The notes under the pieces were generated by a model that did not search any database, was not told the origin of the DNA, and saw only the letters and a program-made list of their open reading frames with translations. Shown piece by piece: positions 9,621 to 24,120 of a DNA stretch of 42,499 bases (positions are counted from its first letter, which is position 1; each line of letters begins with the position of its first letter). The stretch is from Octopus bimaculoides (lineage: Eukaryota). The translations under genes were made by a program, and so were the position numbers. The stretch covers positions 35,969,657 to 36,012,155 of the forward strand of contig NC_068987.1 of the NCBI RefSeq assembly GCF_001194135.2, read 5' to 3'.

Positions 9621-12000
9621 GCTTTAATGCATTTGAAGTTGATACAACAGTTACAGATCTCACTTTCATAGTCAAACAAGGAGTCGATCGTAGGTATTTG
9701 ACATAAAATAACAAAAAAAAATATTCATCAAGAACAGAAAGTAAAAACGATATGCGAATATAAATAGCTCATCAACGCAGTCTCCTAATAGTGCTATGCC
9801 TGAAGGAATGATGAAATGGTTTTTAACTCAGATCCGTAGAAAAGCGTATGGATAAAATGAGTACAAACACCTACATAACAAAAAAGCATGATGATTAAAC
9901 AAATTATGAACTGAAGTTGTATTTATTAATAGCAATATTTCCTGGTTAAATTTTGTGATTTGAATTTCATTGTAGCATAAATGGCATGATCATATGAGAC
10001 ATGAATGTGAATAAAATAGTTTAGAGAGAAATACGTTGGGTGATGCCAATGAACTGTTTCATAGAAATTGAGGAAGCGAGATATATATTTATGATAGAAA
10101 ATACAAACATACTAGAAATATGAACAAACAAGACTAACGCGATCGACATGAATGATAAGCAATGAAAATATCGACCATGATTATAAGAAAATATGAACAT
10201 CAGATCTACATCAACATGGAGAATAAAAACATATTAAGCTAGAGTACCAACAGCAAAAAAAAAAAATGTTCAAAACAAAATATATGCGAGTATGTGCAGT
10301 TATATACGTATACACACACACACATACAAACACACATAGAAACAAACACACATACAAACATACACACACACATATATTTAATGAAAAAGAAAATGCACAC
10401 ACTATACATAGTTTTAATGTAGATTTTAATATATAACAGGCAGAAAATCTAAGGGAAGGTAATTGGCGATCGTTATAATTGGGGACAGGGGAGTTAATTG
10501 TTCAGCTTTTGGGGAGGTGCTAAATGAATATATTCAAAATCTCAAAAGCTAAAGTAGTGAGATAAAATATGTACAGTGATGCATATGTGATGGGTACATC
10601 ACAGTATATGATATACTGTAATAAAAGTTTTTTTGTGCATTCATATTTAGACGTGTTCTGTATTTTCGATGAACAAATTTTCTGTAGTTAAACGTACATG
10701 TATAAAATTGTTTCTTTGCACTGGTAGTTATGAGTCGGAAGAAATGAATTCTGTGCAACGGTAGGAACACAGTGTTACTTTCTGCCTTAGTTGCGCAACT
10801 CAGTTTAAAAGACACTACATTTCAGATAACACTTCCAGGAAAGTGGACGATGGTCACATGTGTGGAACGAGAGAGATATTAAAGGTGGAAGAGGGACGGA
10901 GAGAAAAAGAGAAAGAAAGAGAGACAAATAGAAAACGGTGAATGGAGAAAAAGAATTGGATGAAGGATGAAAGGGGAAAACGAAAGGGTGTGATGGTGAG
11001 AAAATCGAAGTAGAGGAACTAAATGAGAGAAAACGAAAGTGGGAAAGAGTGAATAGTACAGAGTAGAGTCGCAAGAAAAGTATTACGATAGAGTTTCTCG
11101 GAAATTGAAACGTGGCGTTCAGTCATATAATAATATGAATAATATATATATATATATATATATATANNNNNNNNNNNNNNNNNNNNNNNNNNNNNNNNNN
11201 NNNNNNNNNNNNNNNNNNNNNNNNNNNNNNNNNNNNNNNNNNNNNNNNNNNNNNNNNNNNNNNNNNNNNNNNNNNNNNNNNNNNNNNNNNNNNNNNNNNN
11301 NNNNNNNNNNNNNNNNNNNNNNNNNNNNNNNNNNNNNNNNNNNNNNNNNNNNNNNNNNNNNNNNNNNNNNNNNNNNNNNNNNNNNNNNNNNNNNNNNNNN
11401 NNNNNNNNNNNNNNNNNNNNNNNNNNNNNNNNNNNNNNNNNNNNNNNNNNNNNNNNNNNNNNNNNNNNNNNNNNNNNNNNNNNNNNNNNNNNNNNNNNNN
11501 NNNNNNNNNNNNNNNNNNNNNNNNNNNNNNNNNNNNNNNNNNNNNNNNNNNNNNNNNNNNNNNNNNNNNNNNNNNNNNNNNNNNNNNNNNNNNNNNNNNN
11601 NNNNNNNNNNNNNNNNNNNNNNNNNNNNNNGTCAGCTATCTTCAGCGGAATAACCTAGATTTAACATATAAACACGAGGCACTACATAGAAAACATGACT
11701 TGTGCTTATATGCTTAACTTTTCAAAATTTACCACGCATGTGCGGTTTACCTTATCGGCAGCAAATACAAAAATAATGTCGATTTTCTTTCAGAAATTAG
11801 CTCAAAAGCATTTTATCATTATTAATAAATCATAGGGTAGCAAATGATATAGAGTTTTTGACTGTTTTTTCTAGTGGTTTAGATGTCCTATTATAGGCAT
11901 CTCTGTATTTTAAATGAATAATATATAGACTATTGACTAATTCTGTCTTCTCGCTGGACCACTGGTAGTAAATAAAATTTCTACAGTTGTCTGACTCATC

Positions 12001-12130
12001 TTAAAAAACCGAACAATTGCTACGACTTTTTTTACCTTTTTCGTGGCGTTTTATCATAGCTAGTTTATCTTGCAGCCTTATAGCATGACGCTTAGCACTT
12101 TCACCATGAATTTTCTTATGAGCCATGGGG
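12001..12130 (-). mobile_element. pogo/Tigger-type transposase N-terminal HTH remnant
   Basis: MAHKKIHGESAKRHAIRLQDKLAMIKRHEKGKKS resembles the CENP-B/Tigger N-terminus KRKxITLExKLxIIKRxExG. Tigger-like cgactta motifs occur near 12545-12575. Confidence 0.5.
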
Positions 12131-13459
12131 GCAGAAAATAAAGTCACAAATGAATGAGAATAAGAAAGTAGCCGATAAACAGTCGTAAACAAATCTGAAT
12201 TCAAACTATCACTAAGATCACAATTGACAACGACCCCTCACGGTAGTGCAATATGAGCACTCAAAGGCAGGTAAATAAGACAACAAAGCTGATTTCATAA
12301 TGTCGTTCACTAAGTTACTTTATGGTGTCTATCGTAACAGTTACTGTACGTATTTTTAATATGATTTTATATGCTTTTATTTTTGTTTATTGTACAGTAA
12401 CATGGTTTTATTTGCTTTTAACGGTTTTCCGATGATTTTACGATTCCAATATTTGTGGCAGACAGACGTAAAGTCAAGAAAATGACTTAACTTGATGTTT
12501 ATTTTTCCATATATTATTGTTGAAAACTGTCGTATAATCGAAAACGACTTAAATCGAAAAAACTTAAGTCGGTATATATATTTATGAGCTGCTAATAATG
12601 TCATGTGATGAACATCACAGACATCATTTAATAACACGTCTAGTGCCTTCATGCAATCCTGAGATTCTACAAACGTGATATAACAAACTAAAACCGGACG
12701 ATAGGATTAGAAAAATTTCGGGAAAAGGCGAGAAGAAATGTTGAAAACCATAAAAATGTGTGTGTCATACCGAAATGTAAAAGGAAATACATAATAAGGA
12801 TTACCAGTCTCCATATACTCAGTCATTATAGATATTACCAACGTACAATGCAGATTAGATTACAATAATTTATATCCCGAGTGACAACAGTTAGTCATAA
12901 ACGGTAGATACTTATCGATCTGTTAGCCGTAACCCGGAACGTAACTGAGAATTGCCAAGGTATCCAACCGGATAATATATATATNNNNNNNNNNNNNNNN
13001 NNNNNNNNNNNNNNNNNNNNNNNNNNNNNNNNNNNNNNNNNNNNNNNNNNNNNNNNNNNNNNNNNNNNNNNNNNNNNNNNNNNNNNNNNNNNNNNNNNNN
13101 NNNNNNNNNNNNNNNNNNNNNNNNNNNNNNNNNNNNNNNNNNATCTTATATATATCTTTTAAAAACACCAAAACAATAAATTTAACCACTATTAATTACA
13201 TACATACATACATATATATATCAGCAATGTCAACAACATGACTAACAACATCGGCAGCAACAACAACAACAAAAACAACAGCAGCAGCAAAAGCAACAAC
13301 TACTACGACGGCGGCATCATGGCCGAATACACAAACACAATGAGTTACAAGAAGAGTACAAAAAGTCATGTTCAAGAGTAGCTACAGCGGCAACGCAGTG
13401 GGGGACAAGGCTGAGGGGAGAGTCATAGTGCTACTAAGAACAGTGACACAGAGACACAG

Positions 13460-13490
<31 letters not shown>

Positions 13491-13972
13491 TACACACACA
13501 CATGTGCATATAAGAATATACATCATAGAAGAACAGAATGGAATAAGCAGAGGAAGAGTACACACGGAGGCGGAAAATGTCGCTTAGGAGGTTACAGATG
13601 TGTGAAGGAAGACTTCCGGACAATGGGCATGGGTTACAATAAGAAAAGTAAGAAAAGAGAGAAGACGAATACATAGTCCGTGTGTTTATTTGGCAAGAAA
13701 AAATAACACCTCGAAATACAACATGAGTTTCAACACACGGCTTCAACACGAGATCATAAACGTATATATATATACAGAGTGTGATGGGTAAATTGTTGCC
13801 ATTTTATATTTTTAATGTCGTACATGCGGTTTGCTTGTTCATATTTTGTGTTAGTTTCATTTTTGCTTAATTTAGACGGCAATATATTCACCGCACTCTG
13901 TATACACGCACACGCACAAATACATACAAACATACATACATACATGCATACGCATACGCGCACGCGCACGCA

Positions 13973-14044
<72 letters not shown>

Positions 14045-14364
14045 TANNNNNNNNNNNNNNNNNNNNNNNNNNNNNNNNNNNNNNNNNNNNNNNNNNNNNN
14101 NNNNNNNNNNNNNNNNNNNNNNNNNNNNNNNNNNNNNNNNNNNNNNNNNNNNNNNNNNNNNNNNNNNNNNNNNNNNNNNNNNNNNNNNNNNNNNNNNNNN
14201 NNNNNNNNNNNNNNNNNNNNNNNNNNNNNNNNNNNNNNNNNNNNNNNNNNNNNNNNNNNNNNNNNNNNNNNNNNNNNNNNNNNNNNNNNNNNNNNNNNNN
14301 NNNNNNNNNNNNNNNNNNNNNNNNNNNNNNNNNNNNNNNNNNNNNNNNNNNNNNNNNNNNNNNN

Positions 14365-14405
<41 letters not shown>

Positions 14406-14959
14406 ACATACATACATACATACATATATACATAGATACTGAGATCATGAGAGGAAATTATGTCAAGAAGACCCAAAGCCAAAGGTGTCAGGTAATGCTG
14501 AGTAAGTGCTATGGACAGACTATACTTATGCTCCAGGTTCGGTGATTATACGAATGAGGAGGCCAACATAGGTCATATAAGAGCATGTGTATATATATGA
14601 AATAATTACAGAATGAGATAAAATTCCAAGGCTGTGAAAGATTTCAGAACATTTATAGAGAAGGTTTTATAGCAGTTTCCGGGATGTTTTATATATGCCT
14701 TCATCGGAGACAGTGTGAGAAAATGGTTAAGCAATAGTTATCCTAGAGAAGATATGAAATAGAGAGTGAAGTGGAGAAATGAAAATAGACGAGAGATATT
14801 CAGGGATATTGTATCTGCAGTTCCATTATTAAGGCGGAATGGTATGTATACTCATAGCCGAGTAAAACTGCATCTCTCAATTTTGATTTCGGCAACGCTG
14901 ATAACGAGTGGTATGGCTCCTAAAGCCTACATGTCATGCCACAATGGCCTACAATGACC

Positions 14960-15730
14960 TACAATGCGGAATACGTCTACAAGCTGATCCACACACTTTG
15001 GTAAATAAATGCACGGGATAACATTCTGTAACTTGGAAGTCCTGCGTTTGAGAAGCGGACACGACTACGCTGGTCGTAAGATGGACAGTTTTGTTCACTA
15101 CTCAAAAATAGGGTTTACTACTTCCTATATTTACTAGCATATATCAACTCAGTATATGAAACCTTATTTCCTCGAATTCTTGATTATCGGTAACAATCAG
15201 ATTCTTTCTCCGCTCTCTGTCTGATTCAAGTTCTTCAGAGACCTTTGTATCGGTAGTGATCTTTCGAAGTGTGTCAAAAGATCGTCGTTGCAATATTTGC
15301 GTGTCTTGCACTGGGGATGTTTTCTTTGCTCTAGCTCACAATATAACACCTGTTTTGCCATACGAGTGCCCTCTAAACGGACAAGATTACCATACCACCT
15401 ATGTTAGCGTTTCATAATCGTTAACCCGGTACTCCTCACATTTGACAGCTTGAGGTACACGAGATCACCCAGAGATTTTCGAGGTATTACGCAAGCATCG
15501 CTGGGAGAATCACTTGAGAAGATGGAAATGCCTACGGTATGCTGTCCACGTTTCGCACCCATACAGCAGTACTGTTAAAACACATGCATGATAGACTTTA
15601 ACTTTCGTTGCTGCATTGACGAGCGATTGGTACATTGACGACCGATTGGAATGAGACCCTCGATTCTCGATTCAAGTTTCCAAATGCATCACAGGCCATT
15701 ATAAGTCTATAACTTACTTGCCTCAAGTTT
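14960..15730 (-). mobile_element. RTE-clade LINE RT C-terminal fragment, degenerate
   Basis: Minus-strand translation ACDAFGNL...TKVKVYHACVLTVLLYGCETWTAYRRHFHLLK*FSQRCLR...RWYGNLVRLEGTRMAKQVLYCEL matches the RTE hallmarks LLYGCETW / LRWxGHV / PKxxLYGEL. Confidence 0.85.
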
Positions 15731-15871
15731 ATTAAATCTACGTAAAGGTGGTTGATATGTAAGCATAATTTATGTATTTTTGTATAGTTTAATTGAATAT
15801 TATTCACATACCAGCGCTGAAATGAGTGATTCCGTTGAAAAGTAAGATGTAATAGAATAAGGAGAGGGATG

Positions 15872-15954
15872 AGAAGAAGAAGAAGAAGAAGAAGAAGAAG
15901 AAGAAGAAGAAGAAGAAGAAGAAGAAGAAGAAGAAGAAGAAGAAGAAGAAGAAG

Positions 15955-15984
<30 letters not shown>
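15872..15984. repeat. (GAA)n microsatellite
   Basis: Direct reading. Confidence 0.97.
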
Positions 15985-15985
<1 letters not shown>

Positions 15986-17509
15986 CTATTTTTTTAAAGT
16001 TTACGATGGAAAGAGGCGAAAAGAAAATAGTATTCTACAAATGTTATTTACACAGTTCCGATGGGTTAGATTCGTATGGAAGCGCCGTTATTTGACCTGC
16101 GCATACAAAATATTACAGAACCCATATGCTACAGAAGTACACTATAAGACAAAGCTACTTTACAATCAGTAGACCCACAGCACAAGCTGAGAAAAACATA
16201 AAATATTTGGAAAGAATTAATGCTGAAATTTCGAAGTTATTGTTAAATTTTTACTTGTAAAAACAATTTAGGCATAAAAATATATACATAAGTACACATA
16301 CATATGCATACACATATTTTCGTAGTCACTCACATCCACTTACCCCCGCATATATGATTATCATATCATCATCGTCAGGAATATTATCATCACAATCTCT
16401 CGCAAAGAATATTTGCTTACATTCCTTGTGAATATGAATCAATATCTGGTATGGTTACGAGACCATCTTGCAACTTCCACAACAATAACTATAATAGGTT
16501 TAACGAGGATGACGTCGATGAGAACATCGAAGGAAGCGATCAATATAAATCCATCGATGAAAGAACCCATAACATGAAAGCAAGAAAACAACTTCAAAAG
16601 AAAAATATTGTAGAAAAGAAAAATAGGAAGATATTAATATTCACTCCCTATAATATGATTATCATCATCACGATCATTAACGGCAGCAGCAGTAGCAACA
16701 ACAACAGCATTTTATGGTTCACTCGTTATGCTAACCATTACCAACACCACACCTCCACCAACCTCATACTCGTCATGTGTATCAATATCAACATCGCCCT
16801 TCTCATCACCTTCACGAACATCATCTTATTGACCACCACCCATTATACATCAACAACAGTATCAGGATGTCAACCACCACCACCACCACCACCACCACCG
16901 CCGCCACCGTCACCACCATTATCGTAAAACAGCAACAAATACACTAACAACTACAAGAGCAACTGTATTATTACAAAAAGCTTAAGGAAAACAACATCGA
17001 TGTTATCACTTCGTTATGACTGCAGCAACGGAAGGGGATGACAACCAGAAGAGCATGAATAATAAGTAATTACAAACAAAAAAAATCAACAGCAGCAGCA
17101 ACAATAAAAGTCATATACGATCGGTGATAATAACATCAATAAACTGTTCAACAATGTGAAAATCATTACCAAAGTTCAAACCTCGTTATGTTAGAAATAA
17201 GTTAAAATAATTGCATCATTAACGACATCAATAACCAAAGCTATAGGAACAACAATAACAATAACAAATATATACAGACAAGAGAAACGGCGACTTTATC
17301 GCTACCATCATCAGAAACAATGAAGAAAAGCAAGAAATACGTGAGCTGCAATCAGTACGACAGATTTCCTTGTCTTACATGTTCTACTAATGTATAACAT
17401 GTAAAATATCAGCAGTAACAGGGACGAACAGACTAAGTAACAGCTCTATCAATAACAAGAATCACACACACACACACACACACACAGACACACACACACA
17501 CACACACAG

Positions 17510-17553
<44 letters not shown>

Positions 17554-18163
17554 ATGGCAATGGCAAAGTTAATAGTCACACTCGTAGCTGTTTACTTAAG
17601 AAATTCCGTTTGCGGCTACATGCTTCCTGGTTTCATACCACGTCGCAGCATTTTGGGTAAGACGCTTCTCCAGTAATATTGAAAGAATTAGCACATGGCC
17701 TGCTTGCATGAAGTCGCACAAATATACTCCAAAATCTATACAACAGACGAACTCGCGCCCATTAAATGCCTTTTTTAATGCTTCAACTTTGACCTCTGTC
17801 TGCAAAACCGGATGATGTCTGCCGGCTAGACACAAGAATTCTCAAAATTTCTGTCATCATTAATATTGTATTCTGACTTCAAGCACTGCATTAACCTTTC
17901 CTTTCTAATATATTCTATAGCTCAGCTTTCGTCTCTGCGGACCTTTGTCCACTTCCGTCGTCTAGAGACTGTTCGAGAAGGATTTTGATAACGTGATCTC
18001 TTCGGTTTCAAAAGACCTAAGAATGTAATGAAATTTATAAAAAAATAATCTCTGACAACTTTATCATAACCCATTCAGTCTCTCAACCGTTTGTCCTATA
18101 CTTCTCAATCATTATTCTCAGTTATTGTCTATGCAGGGCATATACTTGACTTTTACTATGCAC

Positions 18164-18724
18164 ATTGATGAAAATCTTATCAAGATTCTGGATTAAGCTT
18201 TCTTTCTTTCCCTTCATGTGATACTAGTCCAACCATCAAACCTACAAATGTACTACATATCCAACTATGTTAAACGTCTTAATGAATATGATGTATCGTC
18301 GCTTGAGTTCCACTGACATAGTTTCAGCCAGTTGCTAAATATTTTCTGAGCGAGCGATGAGCTTACAATATACGCGTGAATCATGCAAAAGCATCTTATT
18401 TCAAATATATTCCAAGACTTGCAACCGGGGTTGAGAGTTTAGCTAAAAACGAAATTTGGTACTCGTTCAGATCTACTTTATATTTGAAATAAGATGCTTT
18501 TGCGTGATTCACGCGTATATTGTAAGCTCATCGCTCGCTCAGAAAATATTTAGCAACTGGTTGAAACTATATCAGTAGAACTCAAGCGACGGTACATCAT
18601 ATTCATTAAGACGCATAATATAGTTGGTTATGTGGTAGATTTGTAGTTTTGATGGTTGGACTAGTATCACATGAAGGGAAAGAAAGAAAGCCTTATCCAG
18701 AATCTTGATAAGATTTTCATCAAT
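18164..18724. repeat. Long inverted repeat (245-bp arms, 71-bp spacer); foldback/MITE-like
   Basis: 18164-18408 is the reverse complement of 18480-18724 with about 14 mismatches and no indels by manual alignment. Confidence 0.92.
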
Positions 18725-19950
18725 ATAGATAATATTAAATTGAATTTTGATTGCTGGTAGCAATTAGATATCTTGGTTATCCAATTACGGATATCACCAA
18801 CAGTTACAATATCTAACATTATTTGTCTAGAAAAATGACGTAAAGTTAATGAAGCAAGGTAGTTTTAGGTGGGATGTTACCTATAGACCAAGGAACAGGG
18901 TGATGTTGACAAAGTCGACAGAGAAAGAGGGAAGTGAAACTACGTTATGCATTCAGTGATACTGAAAGGACAATCGAAACGTTATACCAAAGTTCTGATC
19001 GCAAAGCAACACAACTGCGTCATTCATCTTTTGGTTTGCCAACCCAGAAGATTGTGTAACCTTATGATATTTCAGTAATCTGACCGTCAACAAAGAGATG
19101 TGTTTCATATAAAGCTGCAATCACTATCTGTAGTATTTGAAGGGCATTTAAGTAAAATTTAGCCCAACAGGCTTCTCATGTTGCAGCAGCAAATATTGAG
19201 TTTGGTCGGATCTTTTGCAAATATTGTCTTTCGTCTTCTGTGTTCCTGCTTCAACGACTAACTGTTAGTCGCAGGACGCTAAAGAGTGTCGGTGTGACAA
19301 ACAATGTTTTGTACAGCTAGCATCTTTTTCTATGCATTGACTGATTGATTGCAGTCTGAATAAAAGTATTTTCTGTTCGTAATGTCAGGTTTTAGAAACA
19401 CAAACATGCATAGCTATATNNNNNNNNNNNNNNNNNNNNNNNNNNNNNNNNNNNNNNNNNNNNNNNNNNNNNNNNNNNNNNNNNNNNNNNNNNNNNNNNN
19501 NNNNNNNNNNNNNNNNNNNNNNNNNNNNNNNNNNNNNNNNNNNNNNNNNNNNNNNNNNNNNNNNNNNNNNNNNNNNNNNNNNNNNNNNNNNNNNNNNNNN
19601 NNNNNNNNNNNNNNNNNNNNNNNNNNNNNNNNNNNNNNNNNNNNNNNNNNNNNNNNNNNNNNNNNNNNNNNNNNNNNNNNNNNNNNNNNNNNNNNNNNNN
19701 NNNNNNNNNNNNNNNNNNNNNNNNNNNNNNNNNNNNNNNNNNNNNNNNNNNNNNNNNNNNNNNNNNNNNNNNNNNNNNNNNNNNNNNNNNNNNNNNNNNN
19801 NNNNNNNNNNNNNNNNNNNNNNNNNNNNNNNNNNNNNNNNNNNNNNNNNNNNNNNNNNNNNNNNNNNNNNNNNNNNNNNNNNNNNNNNNNNNNNNNNNNN
19901 NNNNNNNNNNNNNNNNNNNNNNNNNNNNNNNNNNNGCGTGCGTGCGTACG

Positions 19951-19994
<44 letters not shown>

Positions 19995-20776
19995 TGTGTA
20001 CCAGAAGCCCCATCTAACATATTTACTCAGTCACATAGTGGAACACAAATGAGTAGGTTGCTGCACAGTGAGACGGAAACCGAAACTAGCTGCAAAGTTA
20101 GCCTGTTATACATACAGCCATACCTAAATTTAAAACGTATCAAATGCTATGATCACAGCGCAGAAAATGTTACTAATACGAAAATATTTTGTCATGCTAG
20201 TTGACACAAAAAGTGAGTTAGATGCATTTTACTCAATAACAACGAATATTCGAATCTCTAAATTTACTGGAGGAAACTTCGGCCTCATCGAGTCTTCCTG
20301 CATTCATTGCATTGTTATTGTTAATGACACCAGTTACAACACATTTAGTGCAAAGTACACACAAGGCAAATGCATCATAAAGGAGATTTAGAGCATTCAA
20401 GACACTCGCCGATCCTTAAAAATAAGTTCGGTAATGCGATGCATTCAGGAAACCTAGGCTATGTGCCTAATAGGCCTGTTTCTTTTTTCTACTGTGTGCA
20501 ATTTTATGCAGATGTTTCACTTTACTTTGCTATGTAAAACGAAGATAGAATGTATATATTCTACTTCACAATAGTGACATGCCATAGAGTCTGTCATAAT
20601 TTTTACCATAATGTGGCAAAGACTTTGGCAGAGAAATGCAGGAGGTATAAAATCTATTCCACTTTAACGTGAAAGAAGTCAACGAAGCATGCTCAATGAA
20701 AATCACTGCAATCTACTCGAGGAAGGGTGTTCTTCTCCATCTTCTACTTGGAATAATGTTAAGTAGACATCTGCAG

Positions 20777-20839
<63 letters not shown>

Positions 20840-22929
20840 CGAATAAATAGATAGATTCATTAATAGATATATGTGGATATATATTCATATTTATGTATAC
20901 ATACAAACGATCATGTGTGTGTTTGTTTGTGTGTATGTGTGTGTTAAAAATATGCATTCATGTATGTATCCATATTTGCACATGTGTGGCTAACGTTAAG
21001 TACATTATGAGTGTACGTGTACTTAACGTTAACCACAAATGTGCAAACAAATATGTATACACACATGAATGCATATATTTAACATACACACGAACCATTA
21101 TTCTCTGTAAGTGTGCTGTAATATTACTATGCTTTCTCTTGAAGCGTGGCGTACTTTTGTTCCCCATGTGGCAACGCATGCATTATTGAATAGTCATCGT
21201 TTGTAGAAAAGCGCTTTTCTATTCACGAAATAATGGAAACAGATATTCTTTAGATGGCACTATTTGTAATATGACCCTTTTCGGTATATAACAACGAATA
21301 TAGAAGAGAATATTCTTCATATAGCACCGTGTGTCTATTGACTGTTTGATAGACTGTGATGGTCGAAAATTTATTAAAGTAACACGTTTTTGAAGAAATA
21401 TTGTTTTCTCTGTACACGGATTTGGGTAATCACGTGTGATTGGCGCTGCTCATTATCTTTCTCTGTTAAGAGAGAAATACTCAATTTGCTTTGTAATCAT
21501 TACAATGTTTCCACCTTCAAGAAAATCTTCATGTCTGAAATTGAATTGCAGCTACTCCACGAAATGTACGGAAGTTTTTACCAAGACAGACTTATTATAC
21601 CAAATATGTGCAATTTCTATATATTTACACATAGATATAATTCTATTTGTGTGTATTTATTCCAGATTAGATGTGTTTCGATACTGCAACGTATTGAAAT
21701 TCCTTCGACTGAAAGGTAGTATTAATATATGTGCATAATATTATCATAATATTGAAATGAGCATTTAACTGGACAAAAGAATCAATAATATACATACACC
21801 TTTATTACATAATGTGTATGATTTCAAAATGTTAATTATGCATATCCCCCTCTGTGTGTGCATGTCACTAGTATTTCTTCAGCATTATCTATGAATAATA
21901 CATAAATCATATTATTTAAATGAAGAAAACAGCGCTCAGTGGACGATACAACATCGGACAAAATATCATGGAATGTTTATGTTGCTGTATATTTTGAAAT
22001 CAAATCTCTCAAATTATGACTACATTTTTTACTTGGTCACTGAAATAATTACTAATCAATCTATGCCGTATGTATATTCATCTGTATCTTTTATTCTAAA
22101 TGTATTTTATAAGAGCAATCTCAGAAATAGCTCCCTTCAATGCAGGTGGACATCATATCTTATTGTTACCAAGACTGCTTTTGGGTAGTTTATCAGCGTG
22201 ACTTAAACTGCATTCCAACGGCTACCCATTCCCTCTTACGTTCACAACACCTTACTCTCTTCCCTCCCAGTTGATGCAACACAACCTTCTTTCCAATACA
22301 CTTCTTTTACTGTGGAAGAAATATATTCCGACGAATATGTTAGGTCCATATCAACAATTGTCTGCAGTTTGGGAGGTGACTGAAATGGTTAATCCATGTA
22401 TTAAGGTCATCTATTAAGTATATAGCTAATATATGATTTGATATTGCATGATCGAAACCTGTCAATATTTTCCTTATGATTACATTTGTTATAGTGTGTA
22501 TGATACTTGTTTCATATTTTCGAATGTCTAGATCACCCTAGTAATAATTGCCTTACCATAGACCAAAAACCCTGCTATCCAAAGACATTTGATATGTATG
22601 CAACTCCTGTTGTTAGTGCTACACTCTTCTAAGCATATAGATGATAATGCTTTATGCAGTCAAACATTTAGTCCTTCGATGATATTCCACCTGTTCTAGA
22701 TTCTACTTCTGAGTATTCTTGCTACTTAAGATGCAAGTACCACTCGTAATTTAAGTACTATGCAATAGTAACCCTCCAAATAATTGATGTGCTCTAAAGG
22801 AGAATCACAGGTTGTAATCATACTTTTGCTTCATGACACGGTTTTGCACTTTCTGATATTTTCATATCCTATTTTAATATGCTTAGTCTGAATGAAGCGC
22901 TACTTGTATTAAAGAACACCAACTGCAAC

Positions 22930-23450
22930 ATCATCCCTCTAAACTTTAGCTTCACTCAGGTGTATCCCTTCCAGTTGCTCTAAATAAGTGGGCTCATTCC
23001 AATTTAAGTCTTTTTTTGGTGAAAGCACAACCTTAGCGTGACTTAAACTGCATTCCAACGACTTCCCATCCCCTCTTACGGTCACAATACCTTTCTTCCC
23101 CAAATTACTGCTGGGGCTCTGAAACAGATGCGAGTTTCGCAATGGAATATTCCTTCCACACTTGGGATGGTGGTGCTGTTTTGATTTGTGATACACTAGA
23201 TCGCATCCAAATAATGGAGAATAGACGCTCAACAGATTGGCATTCAATCATTAGCAGATTTATTCCAGTCTCTAATTCACGTATGTACCACGTTATCTCT
23301 CCAGCTTTTCTAACAATGGTCTCCAAACCGCAATTAAGGCTGGTCTCAAACCTCCACTACCCATGCATCACCATTCTACTCATTTGTCCACTTACCGGCA
23401 CCTTAATACGACTGGTCCAACCTACCCATATTAACGTATAAGTCATCTGG
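22930..23450 (-). mobile_element. Highly degenerate non-LTR RT fragment (Jockey/CR1/I-group)
   Basis: Weak motif echoes on minus: RKAGEITWY (cf. SKAFDRVWH) and GKSLE...DLNWNE (cf. GxxLExV...DLxWxxHI). A second partial copy lies at about 22195-22400. Confidence 0.4.
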
Positions 23451-23950
23451 AATCTGAGATATATTAGTGTTTTCCTCGTGTTTCAATGGATATTAATGAC
23501 ATAGATATCACTAGTCAGGGTTATGTCCCTTTCCCATGTAAAGCCAATGTTGGGTTGATGATTTCTCTGTCAAGAGTCGTAAGTATTATGATCGCGCATT
23601 ATCTTCCCCGCAGCAAGTCTCGAGAACGTGCTGAAGGCAGCTTCAGTGTCGATAGTCTCGAAATCTAAGGTTTTTTTAATGTAATTTTACATTCGTGACG
23701 TCGGATTTCATTTCAAATTAGAACCAACAGTGTCTCTGCATTCTCTAGAACAGCAGTGATTTTCCCTTTACTGCTTTCGTTGAAGGAGATGGCGTTTGTG
23801 TCAACATTTATTAACCAATAAAATTTAATTCTCTTGATATTTGCATAAATAAAATGGCAAAATAAAGATATTAGATGTTGACACGCAGAACAAAAAAAAA
23901 TCTCACAAAATTTGTAGCATGTGACATGAATGGAAAGTGAATCAAAGTAG

Positions 23951-24120
23951 AACATACTGGCAACAAAAGATAAAGACGATGGAGTTCTTCGATGTTAGAA
24001 TGACAATTTTGAACCTCATCTTAACATTAATATTTCATGGAATCCGGATGCCTTATCAGAAATCCTAGATACTGCAGATGATATTATCACCCGTACAGAA
24101 ATAAAAAAACCGATGAATAG
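23951..24120 (+). mobile_element. RTE-like LINE linker fragment, degenerate
   Basis: NILATKDKDDGVLRC*NDNFEPHLN...DALSEILDTADDIITRTEIKKPMNRL resembles the ILxRWxEHFxxLLN...ITxxEIxxAIxxL region between APE and RT. Confidence 0.4.

Noticed and set aside
16451-16927. 158-aa ORF ending in poly-Pro
   Set aside because: Built from CAA/CAT/CAC/CCA degenerate repeats; no domain and no splice support.
17596-18000. Possible mariner DDE C-terminal remnant (EALKKAFNGREF...)
   Set aside because: Similarity is too weak and the YSPDL-type motif is absent; cannot be supported without a search.
23713-23955. Possible exon of a host gene on minus
   Set aside because: No recognisable domain or convincing splice sites.
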